Positions 1-12,852 of a stretch of DNA of 63,905 nucleotides are shown here, piece after piece (position 1 is the first letter of the stretch; every line of letters begins with the position of its first letter). The notes beneath the pieces are model-generated. The model saw only the letters and a list, made by a program, of their open reading frames with translations, was not told where the DNA came from and did no database searches. The DNA lies in contig NZ_CAJLNI010000001.1 of assembly GCF_905207935.1 (NCBI RefSeq), positions 1 through 63,905 of the forward strand, written 5' to 3'. The DNA comes from an uncultured Haemophilus sp. Lineage in GTDB: Bacteria > Pseudomonadota > Gammaproteobacteria > Enterobacterales > Pasteurellaceae. The translations under genes and the position numbers were made by a program.

Positions 1-9
1 TCTTTAAAA

Positions 10-25
10 TGTGATCCATATCAAA
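10..25 (+). promoter_or_regulatory. CRP/FNR-type binding site upstream of aspA
   Basis: TGTGA-TCCATA-TCAAA is 1 mismatch from CRP TGTGA-N6-TCACA; it also reads GTGAT-N4-ATCAA, 1 mismatch from FNR. Confidence 0.6.
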
Positions 26-81
26 TTTATTTTCAATGTAAATTCCTATAATTACCTCAAATTAATTAACAACCCAAAAAG

Positions 82-1509
82 GTGATTCAAATGACTCAAT
101 ACAGAAAAGAAGTGGATTTATTAGGCGAACGTGATGTGCCGGCGGATGCATACTGGGGTATCCACACATTAAGAGCGGTAGAAAATTTCAATATTTCTAA
201 CGTAACCATTTCTGACGTACCAGAGTTTGTTCGCGGCATGGTAATGGTAAAAAAAGCAACTGCCCTAACAAATGGTGAATTAGGTGCAATTCCAAGTGAT
301 ATTGCAAAAGCGATTGTAGCAGCTTGTGATGAAATCCTTACCACGGGGAAATGCTTAGATCAATTCCCATCAGACGTCTATCAAGGTGGTGCAGGTACGT
401 CTGTCAATATGAATACCAATGAAGTGGTTGCTAACCTTGCGCTTGAAAAAATTGGTCATAAAAAAGGCGAATATAACGTGATTAACCCGATGGATCACGT
501 TAACGCAAGCCAATCAACCAATGATGCGTATCCTACCGGTTTCCGTATTGCAGTGTATAACAGCATCTTAAAATTGATCGATAAAATTCAATATTTACAC
601 GACGGTTTTGATAATAAAGCAAAAGAGTTTGCGAACATCTTAAAAATGGGTCGTACTCAATTACAAGATGCTGTACCTATGACGGTTGGTCAAGAGTTTA
701 AAGCCTTTGCCGTATTACTTGAAGAAGAAGTGCGTAACTTAAAACGTACTGCAGATTTACTCCTTGAAGTAAACCTTGGTGCAACGGCAATCGGTACGGG
801 TTTAAATACTCCACAAGGCTATACAGAACTAGTTGTAAAACACCTTGCTGAAGTAACCGGATTAGCTTGCGTACCAGCAGAAAACTTAATTGAAGCAACA
901 TCTGACTGTGGCGCTTATGTCATGGTTCACGGTGCATTAAAACGTACCGCAGTAAAACTATCTAAAGTATGTAACGACTTACGTTTACTCTCTTCTGGTC
1001 CACGTGCAGGTATTAAAGAAATTAACTTACCTGAATTACAAGCAGGTTCTTCTATCATGCCTGCAAAAGTGAATCCTGTTATTCCAGAAGTGGTAAACCA
1101 AGTTTGCTTTAAAGTAATTGGTAACGATACTACCGTTACTTTCGCATCTGAAGCGGGTCAATTACAATTAAACGTAATGGAACCAGTGATTGGCCAAGCA
1201 ATGTTTGAATCTATCGACATCTTAACCAATGCTTGCGTGAACTTACGCGATAAATGTGTAGACGGTATTACTGTAAACAAAGAAATTTGTGAAAACTACG
1301 TATTTAACTCAATCGGTATCGTGACTTACTTAAATCCATTTATCGGTCACCATAATGGCGACTTAGTGGGTAAAATCTGTGCTCAAACCGGTAAAGGCGT
1401 ACGTGAAGTGGTATTAGAAAAAGGTTTATTAACCGCAGAACAATTGGATGATATCCTTTCTGTAGAAAACTTAATGAACCCAACTTACAAAGCGAAATTA
1501 AATAAATAA
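82..1509 (+). CDS. aspA: Aspartate ammonia-lyase (start may be ATG at 91)
   Basis: [11 protein letters not shown] signature, [23 protein letters not shown]. Confidence 0.97.
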   Translation: MIQMTQYRKEVDLLGERDVPADAYWGIHTLRAVENFNISNVTISDVPEFVRGMVMVKKATALTNGELGAIPSDIAKAIVAACDEILTTGKCLDQFPSDVYQGGAGTSVNMNTNEVVANLALEKIGHKKGEYNVINPMDHVNASQSTNDAYPTGFRIAVYNSILKLIDKIQYLHDGFDNKAKEFANILKMGRTQLQDAVPMTVGQEFKAFAVLLEEEVRNLKRTADLLLEVNLGATAIGTGLNTPQGYTELVVKHLAEVTGLACVPAENLIEATSDCGAYVMVHGALKRTAVKLSKVCNDLRLLSSGPRAGIKEINLPELQAGSSIMPAKVNPVIPEVVNQVCFKVIGNDTTVTFASEAGQLQLNVMEPVIGQAMFESIDILTNACVNLRDKCVDGITVNKEICENYVFNSIGIVTYLNPFIGHHNGDLVGKICAQTGKGVREVVLEKGLLTAEQLDDILSVENLMNPTYKAKLNK

Positions 1510-1523
1510 TCTCGCTGAGAGAT

Positions 1524-1558
1524 AAAAAGAGCGGTCAGTTTTGACTGCTCTTTTGTTT
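1524..1558. terminator. Bidirectional terminator made of degenerate uptake sequences
   Basis: AAAAGAGCGGTCA-gttt-TGACTGCTCTTTT between convergent genes. Confidence 0.75.
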
Positions 1559-1576
1559 AATCTAAAACTAAATCTA

Positions 1577-2165
1577 TTATTCATATCCATAAATTCGAGC
1601 AAAATTATCTACACTAGGATCTTTTTGCCAATGATATTCGGTGTGGTTAGCAATGTCTTGAGCCAAGTCATTGCCATAATAATCAGCAATAAACCCAAGT
1701 GCCATATCCATACCAGCAGAAACGCCTGATGAAGTATAAAACTTACCATCTTTCACCCATCTTGCAACGCGTTGCCATTTCACTGTAGAACGACATTGTT
1801 TTACCCATTCAAAAGATTTTTTATTAGAAGTCGCTTTTAAGCTATCTAATCGCCCCGTACAAGCCAATAATGCTGAACCTGTACAAACCCTTTGACTCAT
1901 CAATCCACTTACCAAGCTGATTAATAAATTGTTCATCTTTTACTAACTGACAAGTTCCTTGCCCTCCTACAACTAATAACACACTATGAGGCAATAAATG
2001 TTCTAGTTTTTCTGTTTCAATATGAAACCCTTGTTTACTACGAACTAATCCCCCTACTTGAGAGACATAGTGAAGTTTAACATTAGGGACTCTTGCTAAA
2101 AACTCAACAGGTCCCATTAGATCTAACGTTTCATAGTCATCAAAGACAAGGCAATAAATATCCAT
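1577..2165 (-). pseudogene. DJ-1/PfpI (isonitrile hydratase-like) family gene, frameshifted near 1890
   Basis: N-half (DDYETLDLMGP, VVGGQG) is in ORF 1842..2165; C-half (VCTGS nucleophile elbow, TSSGVSAGMDMAL) is in a different frame in ORF 1577..1936. Confidence 0.8.
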
Positions 2166-2250
2166 TTTCTATTCCAAGTACATAATGCAAATGCTTTATA
2201 AATTACGAAAGCAGTAAAAATTTAACTTCAAAACTGACCGCTCTTTTCAT

Positions 2251-4104
2251 TTAAAATGGAAATAATATTGGCACAATAAAAACAGTCACCGACATAACAA
2301 TTAAGGTAAAAGGTACGCCGATTTTAATAAAGTCAGCAAATTTATAGCCCCCCGGCCCCACCACCATGGTATTTACTGGAGAAGAGACTGGGGTCATAAA
2401 TGCAGCAGAAGCCGCAATCGCAACGACCATCGCAAATGGCACGGGAGACACATTAAGTTGCTGAGCAAGAGAAATCGCAATTGGTGCCATCAAAATTGCA
2501 GTGGCTGTATTTGAAATAAACAACCCGACTAATGCACAAAATACAAAGAGCACAATCAATACCGGATACATTCCCCATCCATCAATGATTTGTGTTAACC
2601 ATTTCACCGCAAACTCAACCCCACCTGTTTTTTGAAGTGCGGTTGAAAATGGCATCATTCCGATAATCAAAATGAGACTAGGCCATTGAATGGAGTCGTA
2701 AGCACTTTTGGCATCCACACAACGGAAATAAGCCAACATTAAACAACCAATCAAGGCAGCCACAACATTCGGTACAGCACCTGAAACCATCAGCACCACC
2801 ATAGTTAAAATGGACAATAATGCGAGCGGCGCTTGACGTTGAGCTGGCACAGCGCGTTCCATTTCTTTCGGATAATTCAATACCAGGAAATCTTTTCGAC
2901 GATCACGCATCGCTTGAATAAGTCGCCAATCGCCAATCACTAAAAGCAAATCACCTGAGCGATATTTTTCTTTAAAAGCATCACTCAACACCACACCATC
3001 TCGCTTAATCCCAACTACATTTAAGCCATATTTTGTGCGGAATTGTAACTCTGCAGTGGTTTTACCAATACAGGCGGAGTTCGGCACGATAATCAACTCG
3101 GCCATTCCAATGGAACGTGCCTGCTGATCAAACGATTGTGATTTAATTTCGGCTGGCTCTAGATGAAATTCTTGGCAAAACATATCGAAATTAAAATCAC
3201 AGCGTTCCAAATCCACCATGAGAATATCTTTTGCTTTTATCTCTGATGTACCAAGAGGCATGATGTAACTCGGACGGAAATGCTTCCAACGCTCAATCGC
3301 CAACACATTTAATTGATAGCTAGAACGCAAATGAAGTTGGTCTAAGGTTTTACCTACGAAAGGAGACGTGCTTTTCACCACTAAGCGTTTTGTACGATCT
3401 TTCAAACCATATTCATTAATTAGCTCATTCATGGAGCTCTGCGCAGTATCTTGATTGCTTTCATCGTTATTATCAGAAAGCCATCGACGGGCAATAAGCA
3501 TATAACCAATGCCTAGCACTAAGATCAACAATCCGATTGGTGTGAAATCAAAAAACTCAAGACGAAGATTCGTATCTTTCACTAATTCCGCATTCACTAC
3601 AAGGTTAGGGGCTGTCGCGATTAACGTCATCATCCCACTGATTAATCCCGCTACGCTTAACGGCATCATTAATCGTTTTGGGGAAATATTCATTTGACGG
3701 CAAATCATAATCACAACAGGAATAAACACCGCAACCACGCCAGTAGAACTCATAAATGCACCTAATCCAGCCACTGAAAGCATCAGTAAAATAAGCACTT
3801 TAGCTTCACTATTTCCCGCAACTTTCAAGATGCCGTCACTCACACGATAAGCAATTCCTGTCCGAACCAAGCTTTCCCCCACAATGAAGAGTAAAGCAAT
3901 CAGGATAATATTAGGATCGCTAAAGCCAACTAAGATCTCCTGGATACTGAGAATGCCGCTTAGATAAAAAGAGAGCATCACCAATAATGCCACCACATCC
4001 ATACGAATTTTATTATGCACAAATAAAATGATGGCTGCGCCAAGCAACATTAATGTCCAAAATAATGGGCTCACCCAAAGTGCATGATCAAAAATGGTAT
4101 TCAT
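2251..4104 (-). CDS. SLC13/CitMHS-type permease with two TrkA-C domains (YfbS-like)
   Basis: Hydrophobic N- and C-terminal domains, FISNTATA and TPVSSPVN motifs, central soluble RCK-C-like repeats. Confidence 0.85.
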   Translation of the reverse strand: MNTIFDHALWVSPLFWTLMLLGAAIILFVHNKIRMDVVALLVMLSFYLSGILSIQEILVGFSDPNIILIALLFIVGESLVRTGIAYRVSDGILKVAGNSEAKVLILLMLSVAGLGAFMSSTGVVAVFIPVVIMICRQMNISPKRLMMPLSVAGLISGMMTLIATAPNLVVNAELVKDTNLRLEFFDFTPIGLLILVLGIGYMLIARRWLSDNNDESNQDTAQSSMNELINEYGLKDRTKRLVVKSTSPFVGKTLDQLHLRSSYQLNVLAIERWKHFRPSYIMPLGTSEIKAKDILMVDLERCDFNFDMFCQEFHLEPAEIKSQSFDQQARSIGMAELIIVPNSACIGKTTAELQFRTKYGLNVVGIKRDGVVLSDAFKEKYRSGDLLLVIGDWRLIQAMRDRRKDFLVLNYPKEMERAVPAQRQAPLALLSILTMVVLMVSGAVPNVVAALIGCLMLAYFRCVDAKSAYDSIQWPSLILIIGMMPFSTALQKTGGVEFAVKWLTQIIDGWGMYPVLIVLFVFCALVGLFISNTATAILMAPIAISLAQQLNVSPVPFAMVVAIAASAAFMTPVSSPVNTMVVGPGGYKFADFIKIGVPFTLIVMSVTVFIVPILFPF

Positions 4105-4139
4105 ACTCTATCCTTTAATCTTACGACCTTTCACTCTAA

Positions 4140-4742
4140 CTATTCTTCTATGTCTAATGCTTTCTTCACGGGTGAAAAACTACGACGATACTCCGGTAAA
4201 GGACCAAGCTCCGCTAATTTTTCTAAGTGCAACTTAGTTGGATAACCTTTATGTTGAGCAAAGGCATATTCAGGGTGTTTTTTATCTAACTCTTCCATTT
4301 CCTGATCCCGTGCGACTTTTGCCAAAATAGAGGCTGCGCTGATTTCAGCCACAAGTGAATCCCCTTTCACCACAGCTTGGGCTGGCAAACCAAGGTTAGG
4401 CGGAATTCGATTGCCATCCACCAACACAAAGTGCGGTTGAATTTTTAAGGCTTTTACGGCCCGTTCCATCGCCAACATGGATGCATGCAGAATATTCAAT
4501 TCATCAATTTCAGTAGGCTCTGCTCGTCCCATTGCCCAAGCTAAGGCTTTCTCTTTAATTTCTGCTGCCAGTGCAAGACGTTTTTTCTCGCTGAGCTTTT
4601 TAGAATCTGCCAGTCCAGTAATCGGGTTATTCGGATCTAAGATCACTGCAGCCGTTACAACTGCCCCTACTAAAGGGCCGCGTCCAACCTCATCCACCCC
4701 TGCAAATAATTGATAACCTTCAGGATAAACAAAATCAGTCAT
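4140..4742 (-). CDS. rnhB: Ribonuclease HII
   Basis: [28 protein letters not shown] at 4742 overlaps the lpxB stop. Confidence 0.96.
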   Translation of the reverse strand: MTDFVYPEGYQLFAGVDEVGRGPLVGAVVTAAVILDPNNPITGLADSKKLSEKKRLALAAEIKEKALAWAMGRAEPTEIDELNILHASMLAMERAVKALKIQPHFVLVDGNRIPPNLGLPAQAVVKGDSLVAEISAASILAKVARDQEMEELDKKHPEYAFAQHKGYPTKLHLEKLAELGPLPEYRRSFSPVKKALDIEE

Positions 4743-5904
4743 GCTTTTGCTCCAATAAATCAACCACAGCTTGTGCAGCTTGGCTATCCGCATCACATTG
4801 AATTAATTTATGCAACTCTGTAAAACGTTGAATTAAAACACTGCGAGATTTGACCGCACTTTCGTCATCGCCCAAATACTGAGAAAGTTGTTCTGCTAAT
4901 TTTTGCGGTTCGCAATCTTCTTGAATCATTTCTGGCACAAGCATTTCATCCGCTAACAAATTAGGCAATGAAATATATTTTGTTTTGACCAATCGTTTTG
5001 CCAAAAAATGTGTGAAAGGTTTCATTCGATACCCCACCACCATTGGCGATTTACACAACATCGCTTCAAGTGCAGCGGTACCTGAAGCTAGTAAAGTTGC
5101 TTCGGCAGCAATCATCACTTGGCGTGCTTTACCATCAATTAAATGCATATCAAGATCAGGTGCAATCTGAGCCTTTATTTCCTCAAATTGCTGGCGACGC
5201 TTTTCATTCACTAAAGGGACTAAAAACTGCAAGCCTGGATATTTTTCTTTTAATAACAAAGCAGTTTTTAAAAATGGCTCAGTAAGGAAGCCCACTTCAC
5301 TACCTCTACTCCCTACTAAAATAGCAAGGTAACGTCCTTTTTCATCAATACCTAAAGTCTGGCAAGCTTCTGTACGATTTGGTTTTAATGGAATCGCATC
5401 TGCCATGGTATGGCCAATAAAACGGCAAGGCACATTAAAACGATCATAAAAAGCTTTTTCAAAAGGAAGAAAAGCCAATACTTGATGAGTTGCTTTGGCA
5501 ATTTTGTAGATACGATTTTGACGCCAAGCCCATACAGATGGACTCACGTAATGAATGGTTTTAATCCCTTTTTCTTTTAATTTTAGTTCAACGGTAAGAT
5601 TAAAATCCGGTGCATCAATACCGATAAATACATCCGGTTTAATAGCAGAAAGTTGTTCGATAATACTGCGACGAATTTTAAGCAATCGAGGTAAATGTTT
5701 AAGTACTTCTACTAGCCCCATGACAGAGAGCTCTTCCATATCAAAAAAGCTTTCAAAACCTTGAGCAATCATTCGCTCACCACCAATCCCGACAAATTTA
5801 GCTTGCGGATAGTGGCGTTTAAGCGCTTGAATGAGACCTGCACCAAGAATATCACCAGACACTTCACCGGCAACAATTGCAATAGTCGGATTTTCTTTTA
5901 TCAT
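4735..5904 (-). CDS. lpxB: Lipid-A-disaccharide synthase
   Basis: [30 protein letters not shown]; likely start MIKENP at 5904. Confidence 0.96.
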   Translation of the reverse strand: MIKENPTIAIVAGEVSGDILGAGLIQALKRHYPQAKFVGIGGERMIAQGFESFFDMEELSVMGLVEVLKHLPRLLKIRRSIIEQLSAIKPDVFIGIDAPDFNLTVELKLKEKGIKTIHYVSPSVWAWRQNRIYKIAKATHQVLAFLPFEKAFYDRFNVPCRFIGHTMADAIPLKPNRTEACQTLGIDEKGRYLAILVGSRGSEVGFLTEPFLKTALLLKEKYPGLQFLVPLVNEKRRQQFEEIKAQIAPDLDMHLIDGKARQVMIAAEATLLASGTAALEAMLCKSPMVVGYRMKPFTHFLAKRLVKTKYISLPNLLADEMLVPEMIQEDCEPQKLAEQLSQYLGDDESAVKSRSVLIQRFTELHKLIQCDADSQAAQAVVDLLEQKHD

Positions 5905-5999
5905 CAAATTTATCCTAAAAAACGACCGCACTTTGAACAAATCATAGTGCGGTCTCTTTGTTATTCATCATTTTCTCTTAACGAGAAAATAAACGTTAA

Positions 6000-6788
6000 T
6001 TAACGAATAATGCCACGAGTAGAACGTTTGAAGAATTCCACAAAGAAACTAATTGCAGATTCTGTTTGCGCAATTTGTTCAATTTCCGGCAACACTTCTT
6101 CAAGGGTTTTACCACTACGGTAAATCATTTTATAAACATTACGGATAGCATGCATGGTTGGTTTATCAAAACCACGACGTTTTAATCCTTCAAGGTTAAC
6201 ACCAAAAGGCTGTGCATGGTTACCTTGTGCCATCACATAAGGCGGCACATCTTGGCTAACCATAGAACCACCACCTAGCATTACGTGCGCACCGACAATC
6301 ACAAATTGGTGAATCGCAGACATACCACCTACAATAACAAAATCATCTAATTCAACGTGACCTGCAAGGGTTGCATTGTTTGCCAAAATACAGTTATTTT
6401 TAATTTGACAATCGTGAGCAACGTGGACGTTGATCATCAATAAGTTGTTGTTACCAATACGTGTTACACCACCACCTTGGATTGTGCCGCGGTGAATCGT
6501 CACATGTTCTCGAATAAGGTTGCCATTACCAATAATGGTTTTAGTTGCTTCGCCTTTATATTTTAAATCTTGGTTGACTTCACCGATGCTGGCGAATTGA
6601 TAAATCTGGTTATCCTCACCAATCACGGTGTCGCCTTTCACGACAATGTGAGAATTTAAAACGGTACGCGCTTTAATCTCAACGCTCCCTTCAATAATAC
6701 AGAAAGGACCGATAACAACGTCTTCGCCAATAACTGCGCCATCAGCAACAAGCGCGGTTGGGTGAATTTTTGCACTTGGGTGGATCAT
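6000..6788 (-). CDS. lpxA: UDP-N-acetylglucosamine acyltransferase
   Basis: Hexapeptide repeats, HVAHDC, QDLKY; conserved gene position. Confidence 0.97.
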   Translation of the reverse strand: MIHPSAKIHPTALVADGAVIGEDVVIGPFCIIEGSVEIKARTVLNSHIVVKGDTVIGEDNQIYQFASIGEVNQDLKYKGEATKTIIGNGNLIREHVTIHRGTIQGGGVTRIGNNNLLMINVHVAHDCQIKNNCILANNATLAGHVELDDFVIVGGMSAIHQFVIVGAHVMLGGGSMVSQDVPPYVMAQGNHAQPFGVNLEGLKRRGFDKPTMHAIRNVYKMIYRSGKTLEEVLPEIEQIAQTESAISFFVEFFKRSTRGIIR

Positions 6789-6811
6789 ACTTACCCCTTA
6801 ATTTTCTTTAA

Positions 6812-7261
6812 TTATCGACGAGCACACATTAATTTGGCTTCACAAGCTACTTCACCGTTTACGGTTGCAATACCCGTGAATGCTGTAATACCACGACGTT
6901 CTTTAATCACTTGAACGTTCAATTCCATTTGATCTCCAGGTAATACTGGGCGTTTGAAACGCGCTTCATCAATACCTGCGAAATAGAATAATTCGCCACC
7001 TTTTAATTCATGGGTTTTAAATGCAAGGATCCCCATTGATTGCGCCAAAGCTTCAAGAATTAATACACCCGGTAAAATTGGCTCTCCAGGGAAATGACCG
7101 GTAAAACAAGGTTCGTTTACACTGATATTTTTAATTGCTTTTAACCACTCACCTTCTTTGTAGTCTAACACACGATCCACTAATAAAAATGGATAACGAT
7201 GTGGCAATAAGGTCATAATTTCTTTTGCTTCAATTACTTTACTTACTTGATTCTCTGACAC
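6812..7261 (-). CDS. fabZ: 3-hydroxyacyl-ACP dehydratase
   Basis: [28 protein letters not shown]. Confidence 0.97.
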   Translation of the reverse strand: MSENQVSKVIEAKEIMTLLPHRYPFLLVDRVLDYKEGEWLKAIKNISVNEPCFTGHFPGEPILPGVLILEALAQSMGILAFKTHELKGGELFYFAGIDEARFKRPVLPGDQMELNVQVIKERRGITAFTGIATVNGEVACEAKLMCARR

Positions 7262-7320
7262 GTCTAATACCTTTAAAATAAATAATAATAAAACATTGGA
7301 ATTATACGATATTTCTGTAT

Positions 7321-7350
7321 AAAAATAAAACGCACCCTAGGGTACGTTTT
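7321..7350 (-). terminator. Hairpin with U-rich tail after lpxD
   Basis: AAAACGTACC-CTA-GGGTGCGTTTTATTTTT on the minus strand. Confidence 0.55.
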
Positions 7351-7357
7351 AAAAATC

Positions 7358-8383
7358 TTAGCCAAGTTTTTTCTCAAGGGCTTTCAGTCGTTTATTCATA
7401 CCATCAATCCCCAGGGTAAGTGCGGCTGTTTTTCGCCACTCTTTATTGGTTTGTAATGGGATACCCGATGAGTAAACGCCTGGTTCAGTAATTGGGCGCA
7501 TTACCATCCCCATGCCTGTTACTGTGACTTTATCGCAGATTTCCATGTGGCCATTGATCACACTTGCTCCGCCAATTAAACAATAACGCCCCACTTTTAG
7601 GCTACCCGCCATAATGACACCGCCAGCTACTGCTGTACCTGTGCCGATATGAACGTTATGCGCAATTTGACAAAGGTTATCAATGATGACGTTATCTTCA
7701 ATGACTGTTGCGTCTAAAGCTCCACGGTCAATACAGGTACAAGCACCGATTTCGACATTATTACCAATAATCACTTGTCCTACTTGTGGAATTTTTACCC
7801 AGCGACCACGATCATTCGCATAGCCAAAGCCATCACTACCAATCACAGCACCTGATTGAATTAAGCAATTTTGTCCAATTTCTACTTCATGATAAACGCT
7901 TACATTTGCCCAAAGCTGTGTACCTGCACCAATTTTGGTGAATTTACCTACAAAACAACCGGCGCCAATAATTACGTTATCGCCTAATACAACACCTTCT
8001 TCAATAACAGCATTTGCACCAATTGATACATTTTCACCCATTGAAGCTTTTTCAGAAATAACCGCACTTGGGTGGATATTTTGAGCCGCTTTAGGGGTAG
8101 TATCCATATATTGAGCTAATACGGCGTAAGCAACATAAGGATCTTTGACGATAAGTAAGTTACTTTCAGGTGAGCAAAATTCCACATCCGCTTCTGACAC
8201 CACAAGAATACCTGCTTTAGATTCAGCTAATAAAGGGCGAAATTTTGCATTAGAAATGAACGTAAGCTGATTTGCTTCAGCTTTTGAAAGAGCAGCAATA
8301 CCATTAACAACAACGTCGGCGTTACCGCGAAGGGTGCCGCCGACTTTTGTTGCTAATTCCTGTAAAGAATAGGATTTTTGCAT
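7358..8383 (-). CDS. lpxD: UDP-3-O-acylglucosamine N-acyltransferase
   Basis: Hexapeptide repeats, [15 protein letters not shown]. Confidence 0.97.
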   Translation of the reverse strand: MQKSYSLQELATKVGGTLRGNADVVVNGIAALSKAEANQLTFISNAKFRPLLAESKAGILVVSEADVEFCSPESNLLIVKDPYVAYAVLAQYMDTTPKAAQNIHPSAVISEKASMGENVSIGANAVIEEGVVLGDNVIIGAGCFVGKFTKIGAGTQLWANVSVYHEVEIGQNCLIQSGAVIGSDGFGYANDRGRWVKIPQVGQVIIGNNVEIGACTCIDRGALDATVIEDNVIIDNLCQIAHNVHIGTGTAVAGGVIMAGSLKVGRYCLIGGASVINGHMEICDKVTVTGMGMVMRPITEPGVYSSGIPLQTNKEWRKTAALTLGIDGMNKRLKALEKKLG

Positions 8384-8395
8384 TATGAGAACCTA

Positions 8396-9004
8396 TTATT
8401 TTTTCTCTTCAGTTTTTGCTGGAGCGGCTTTCTCAGTTGCTGGAATAGATTTCAATACTTCTTCAGTAATATCTTTACCATCTACCGCAAATACGACAGA
8501 GTTTGCATCTAAAACATAAGTATAACCTTTAGCTTTAGCTAAATTATTCGTTGCAACTTGAATGCTTTCCAATAATTTTCCACGCTCTTCAGTTTGACGT
8601 TTTTCATTTAACTCTTGGAACTCAGCAACTTTTTTATCTTGCTCTTCCATTAATTTATTTAATGCTGCTTCTTCATCTGAACCAAATTTAGTGATTTCGT
8701 CTTGGCGTTTTTGAATTTCAGCTTGACGTAAACGAGGGGCATCTTTTTGTAAAGCGGCAATTTTTGCTTCTACTTTTTTACGAGATGCTACGATTTTATC
8801 ATCAATTTCTTTTTTGCTTGCAGCAAGTTTATCTGCCATTGGTTTGAATTCTGCATCTAACTTATCTGCCACCGCTTGACGATCTGGGTGATTTTGGAAT
8901 AAATAGCCAGCATTGATGAATGCGATATTTTCATCTGCAGCAGCAAAACCTGATGCAAGTGCTAGACCTAAAGAAAGTGCGGTAACTTTTAATACGTTTT
9001 TCAT
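8396..9004 (-). CDS. skp: Skp/OmpH (OMP26) periplasmic chaperone
   Basis: Signal peptide, coiled coil, DITEEVLK C-terminus; lies between bamA and lpxD. Confidence 0.92.
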   Translation of the reverse strand: MKNVLKVTALSLGLALASGFAAADENIAFINAGYLFQNHPDRQAVADKLDAEFKPMADKLAASKKEIDDKIVASRKKVEAKIAALQKDAPRLRQAEIQKRQDEITKFGSDEEAALNKLMEEQDKKVAEFQELNEKRQTEERGKLLESIQVATNNLAKAKGYTYVLDANSVVFAVDGKDITEEVLKSIPATEKAAPAKTEEKK

Positions 9005-9107
9005 ATTTGAATTTCCTTAAATTAGTTTAGTAAATTTTTCTGTGTCAGCTAACTCACTGACACAGAACAAAGATTTTGACTTAAATAGAATATAAAAGTT
9101 CAATTTA

Positions 9108-11486
9108 TTAGAAAGAACCACCAATACTAAATTGGAATTGTTCTACATCATCATTCTCATATTTTTTGATTGGTTTCGCGTAAGAGAATACCAATGGTCC
9201 AATTGGTGATTGCCATTGGAAAGCAACACCAGTTGAAGCACGAACTCGACCTGCTTTGCTGTAATCAGGTAATGTTGCATAAATCGGAGATGATTTTAAG
9301 CCTTCTTTATCTGATTTCCATTTTGTATTCCAAACGCTCGCTGCATCAACGAAAAGTGAGGTTCTTACACTATTTTGGCTTTTATCTCCAACAAATGGAG
9401 TTGGAACAATAAGTTCCACGCTTGCTGTAGCCATCGCATTACCACCAACGACATCAGTGCTTTGATACCATTGACCATATTTATCTTGATAAATCGCATT
9501 AGGACCTACCGCACCGTAAGCAAAGCCACGTAATGAACCGATACCACCAGCCGTATAAAGTTGATAGAACGGTACACGTTTACCACCTAAGCCATTAGCA
9601 TAAGAGGCGGTTGCTTTTCCTGATAACACCCAACGGTGATCACGATCTAATGGGTAGAAACCTTGAAGCTCAGCGCTTAATTTATAATATTTATTGTCTG
9701 AACCTGGAGTTGTTACACGTCCACCTAGGTTTGCTTTTACCCCTTTAGTTGGGAAATAACCACGGTTTAAGCTGTTATAGTTCCACCCAAATGAGAAATC
9801 AAAGTCACTGGTTTTAATTGAGTTGCCAGTCAAATTCATCGATTTCATGTATAAATCACGGTTGTACTCATACGCGAAATTGCTAATTTTATTGTAAGTA
9901 TAACCTAATCCCACATAATATGAGTTATTCTCATTGACTGGGAAACCTAATGTCATGTTACCACCATAAGTGGTACGTTTATAGGTTGATAAGGTATCAC
10001 TTTTTGAGTTATCGTAAGTTTCATAGAATACGTTTCCACCTAAACTTACGCCATCTTTAGTAAAGTATGGTTCTGTATAACCTAAGTTTACACTTGTACC
10101 GTAGTCATTACGTGTACCGGCTAAACTTACCGCAGCGCCCGTTCCCAAGAAGTTATCTTGTTTCACGCTTGCTTGATAGCTGATACCACTCTCTGTACCA
10201 TAACCGATACCAAAGTTAATACTACCGGTATTACGTTCTCTTACTTTATATACGACATCGACTTCATCATTAGAACCTTGAATTGGTTCAATACGATTTT
10301 CTACACTCTCAAAGAAACCCGTTCTATCTAAACGTACTTTACCTAACTCAACTAATTGTGAGTTATACCAAGTCCCTTCTTGCTGACGCATTTCTTGACG
10401 CAATGTACTATCAGCAGAAACCGTATTACCTTCAAAACGAACTTGACGTACAGATAGACGACGACCCGCATCCACAACAAATGTTAAAGCCAGTGTTTTA
10501 TTCGCATCATCAAAAGTTGGTACAGAATTAACTGTTGCGCTACCATAACCTCGCTCACCTAATTTATCTTTAATTAAGCTTTCTACGTATTGCACATCTG
10601 AACGTCTGAAAGTATCATTTAAGTGAAGTTCACCTAATAATGGTTGTAACTCATTAGCCATACCACCTAAGTTACCAACAATACGGGCAGAACTTAAATT
10701 GTATTTTTCACCTTCACTTACATCAATGGTCACATCCGCTTTTGTATGATCTTCATTTAATTGAACATCTGTTTTAGTCACTTTTGCTTTTGCGTAACCA
10801 TTATTTTGGTAGTAATCTTGGATAGCTTGAACATCTTTATCAAACTGAGAACCATCAAACTTATTACCCCAAAGTTTCCACCAAGAATCTGGTTGAAGCT
10901 CCATTTGTTCTTGTAACTTACTGCTCGAAATCGCTTCATTTCCATTAAAAGTCACTGAACGAAGTTTTGCCGTATCATCTTCATCAATTTGAAGGGTAAT
11001 TTCTGCACGGTTATTTGGTAAAGTTGTCACAATTGGTTCAACTTTCGCATTATAACGGCCTACACTCTTATAATGTTCTCTTAAGGTTTTCGCAAACTCT
11101 TCTAATTTCGCACGATTTAATACATCACCACTTTTGAACCCATTTGCATCAAGATTTTGCTTTAAAGCTTCTGTTGGAATAGATGAATTGCCTTTAATAT
11201 TCACTTCAGAAATGATTGGTTTCGCGATAACGCTCACAACTAACGCATCGCCATCTTGGAAAGCTTTAACATCATCAAACTGTCCACTTACGAACAATGA
11301 ACGTACAATATTGGCTACGTCTTTATCCGTTACGCGCTGACCGCTACGAACAGGAAGGCTCGCTAGAATTTGTTGTTCTAAGTCTCCTTGAGCACCGTCA
11401 ACACGAATGTCTTTTGCTACAAATGGTGCCGCAAATACACTCGTTGTAGTACCGAATAATAAACTTGCGATTAGAAGTTTTTTCAT
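9108..11486 (-). CDS. bamA: Outer membrane assembly factor BamA (D15)
   Basis: POTRA region, LRGF motif, SPIGPL, terminal QFSIGGSF. Confidence 0.97.
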   Translation of the reverse strand: MKKLLIASLLFGTTTSVFAAPFVAKDIRVDGAQGDLEQQILASLPVRSGQRVTDKDVANIVRSLFVSGQFDDVKAFQDGDALVVSVIAKPIISEVNIKGNSSIPTEALKQNLDANGFKSGDVLNRAKLEEFAKTLREHYKSVGRYNAKVEPIVTTLPNNRAEITLQIDEDDTAKLRSVTFNGNEAISSSKLQEQMELQPDSWWKLWGNKFDGSQFDKDVQAIQDYYQNNGYAKAKVTKTDVQLNEDHTKADVTIDVSEGEKYNLSSARIVGNLGGMANELQPLLGELHLNDTFRRSDVQYVESLIKDKLGERGYGSATVNSVPTFDDANKTLALTFVVDAGRRLSVRQVRFEGNTVSADSTLRQEMRQQEGTWYNSQLVELGKVRLDRTGFFESVENRIEPIQGSNDEVDVVYKVRERNTGSINFGIGYGTESGISYQASVKQDNFLGTGAAVSLAGTRNDYGTSVNLGYTEPYFTKDGVSLGGNVFYETYDNSKSDTLSTYKRTTYGGNMTLGFPVNENNSYYVGLGYTYNKISNFAYEYNRDLYMKSMNLTGNSIKTSDFDFSFGWNYNSLNRGYFPTKGVKANLGGRVTTPGSDNKYYKLSAELQGFYPLDRDHRWVLSGKATASYANGLGGKRVPFYQLYTAGGIGSLRGFAYGAVGPNAIYQDKYGQWYQSTDVVGGNAMATASVELIVPTPFVGDKSQNSVRTSLFVDAASVWNTKWKSDKEGLKSSPIYATLPDYSKAGRVRASTGVAFQWQSPIGPLVFSYAKPIKKYENDDVEQFQFSIGGSF

Positions 11487-11512
11487 CGACTTTATCCTAT
11501 AAAAAACAATAG

Positions 11513-12844
11513 TTATAAACGTAAGAAATCATTAAAAAGCACAAAAATTGTTTCAATTAACAAGATTGTTAGCCCTATACGATAACTTAAATTTTGTACC
11601 CGTTCTGAAACAGGTTTTCCTTTGATAGCTTCCGCCGCCAAAAATACGAGATGTCCACCATCTAAAACTGGCAACGGAAATAAATTCATTATGCCTAAAT
11701 TAACACTAATTAACGCGAGAAAACTTAAGAAATAAATCACGCCAGCGTTAGAAGATGCTCCCGCACCTTGGGCAATTGAAATTGGCCCCGCCAAACTGGA
11801 AAATGAAAGCTCTCCACTAAATAATTTCCCGATTGCCTTCACAATAAACCAAGAAATTTGGCCTGTCTTTTCCACACCTTTTTGTAGGGCATCAAGAATA
11901 CCATATTTTAATTCAGTTCGATACTGTTCGCCAACTTTTAAGAACGTCGGACTTAACCCAACAAACCATTTACCATCTCGATTCTTCTCAGGTTGCAAGG
12001 TTTTATTAAAAATTTCTTGATTACGTTCGACCTTGATTGTAAAAGGCTGACCTTGTTGTACCTGTGCGACAAAAGCTTTCCAATCAAGTGCGGTCGAATT
12101 TTCTGCTAAAATTTTATCGCCAATCAATAAGCCCGCTTTTTCAGCCGGTGAGTTCTCCACCACTTTTGATAAAGTCATCTCCACTTTGCTTGAAACTGGA
12201 TTGATTCCTAATGTTTCAAACGCTGTTTCTTTATCCGGCTCAAATGTCCAATTTTGCAGATTAATGGTTCGTTGATAAGGTCGGTTTTCACCAAAAGGCG
12301 TTAATGTGAGCTCAACAGAATCAGAACCTAACTTATCAGTGAGCAATAAATTAATGGTTTCCCAATCGGGTGTATTCTTCCCATCAATTGCCAAAATCTG
12401 AGTATTCGGTTCAATTTGAGCTATCGCAGCCGGTGAATTTGATGTGACGTTTTCAATGACCGGTTTAACACTCGGAATCCCTACAGAATAAATCACCCAA
12501 TATGCCAAAATCGCAAAAATAAAATTGGCCAAAGGGCCTGCCGCAATGACAAAAGCACGTTGCGCAACAGATTTACTTTCAAATGCCTGCGATTTTAATT
12601 CTGCTGGAACTTCTTCATTTCGCCCGTCAAGCATTTTGACATAACCACCAAGCGGAATGGCTGAAATCGCAAATTCGGTGCCCAATTTATCTGTGCGTCG
12701 CCAAATCACTTTACCAAAGCCAATCGAAAAACGATGAACTTTAATACCGCACTTTCTTGCTGCCCAAAAGTGACCGTATTCGTGTACGGCAACCAGTACA
12801 GCAATTGCAACAATAAATGAGCCAAGCGACCACAAAAACGACAT
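11513..12844 (-). CDS. rseP: RIP metalloprotease RseP
   Basis: HEYGH, PDZ domains, [11 protein letters not shown]. Confidence 0.96.
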   Translation of the reverse strand: MSFLWSLGSFIVAIAVLVAVHEYGHFWAARKCGIKVHRFSIGFGKVIWRRTDKLGTEFAISAIPLGGYVKMLDGRNEEVPAELKSQAFESKSVAQRAFVIAAGPLANFIFAILAYWVIYSVGIPSVKPVIENVTSNSPAAIAQIEPNTQILAIDGKNTPDWETINLLLTDKLGSDSVELTLTPFGENRPYQRTINLQNWTFEPDKETAFETLGINPVSSKVEMTLSKVVENSPAEKAGLLIGDKILAENSTALDWKAFVAQVQQGQPFTIKVERNQEIFNKTLQPEKNRDGKWFVGLSPTFLKVGEQYRTELKYGILDALQKGVEKTGQISWFIVKAIGKLFSGELSFSSLAGPISIAQGAGASSNAGVIYFLSFLALISVNLGIMNLFPLPVLDGGHLVFLAAEAIKGKPVSERVQNLSYRIGLTILLIETIFVLFNDFLRL

Positions 12845-12852
12845 GTTCTATC

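Noticed and set aside
1880..1900. Programmed frameshift in the DJ-1 gene (G GGT TTG heptamer)
   Set aside because: The pattern is -1 type but a +1 shift is needed, and residues appear to be missing at the junction
4743..4796. N-terminal extensions in the ORF track (rnhB, lpxB, rpsB, folA, leuC, napA, ORF ending 50463)
   Set aside because: Artefacts of the first available start; downstream ATGs fit the RBS, gene overlaps or family N-termini better
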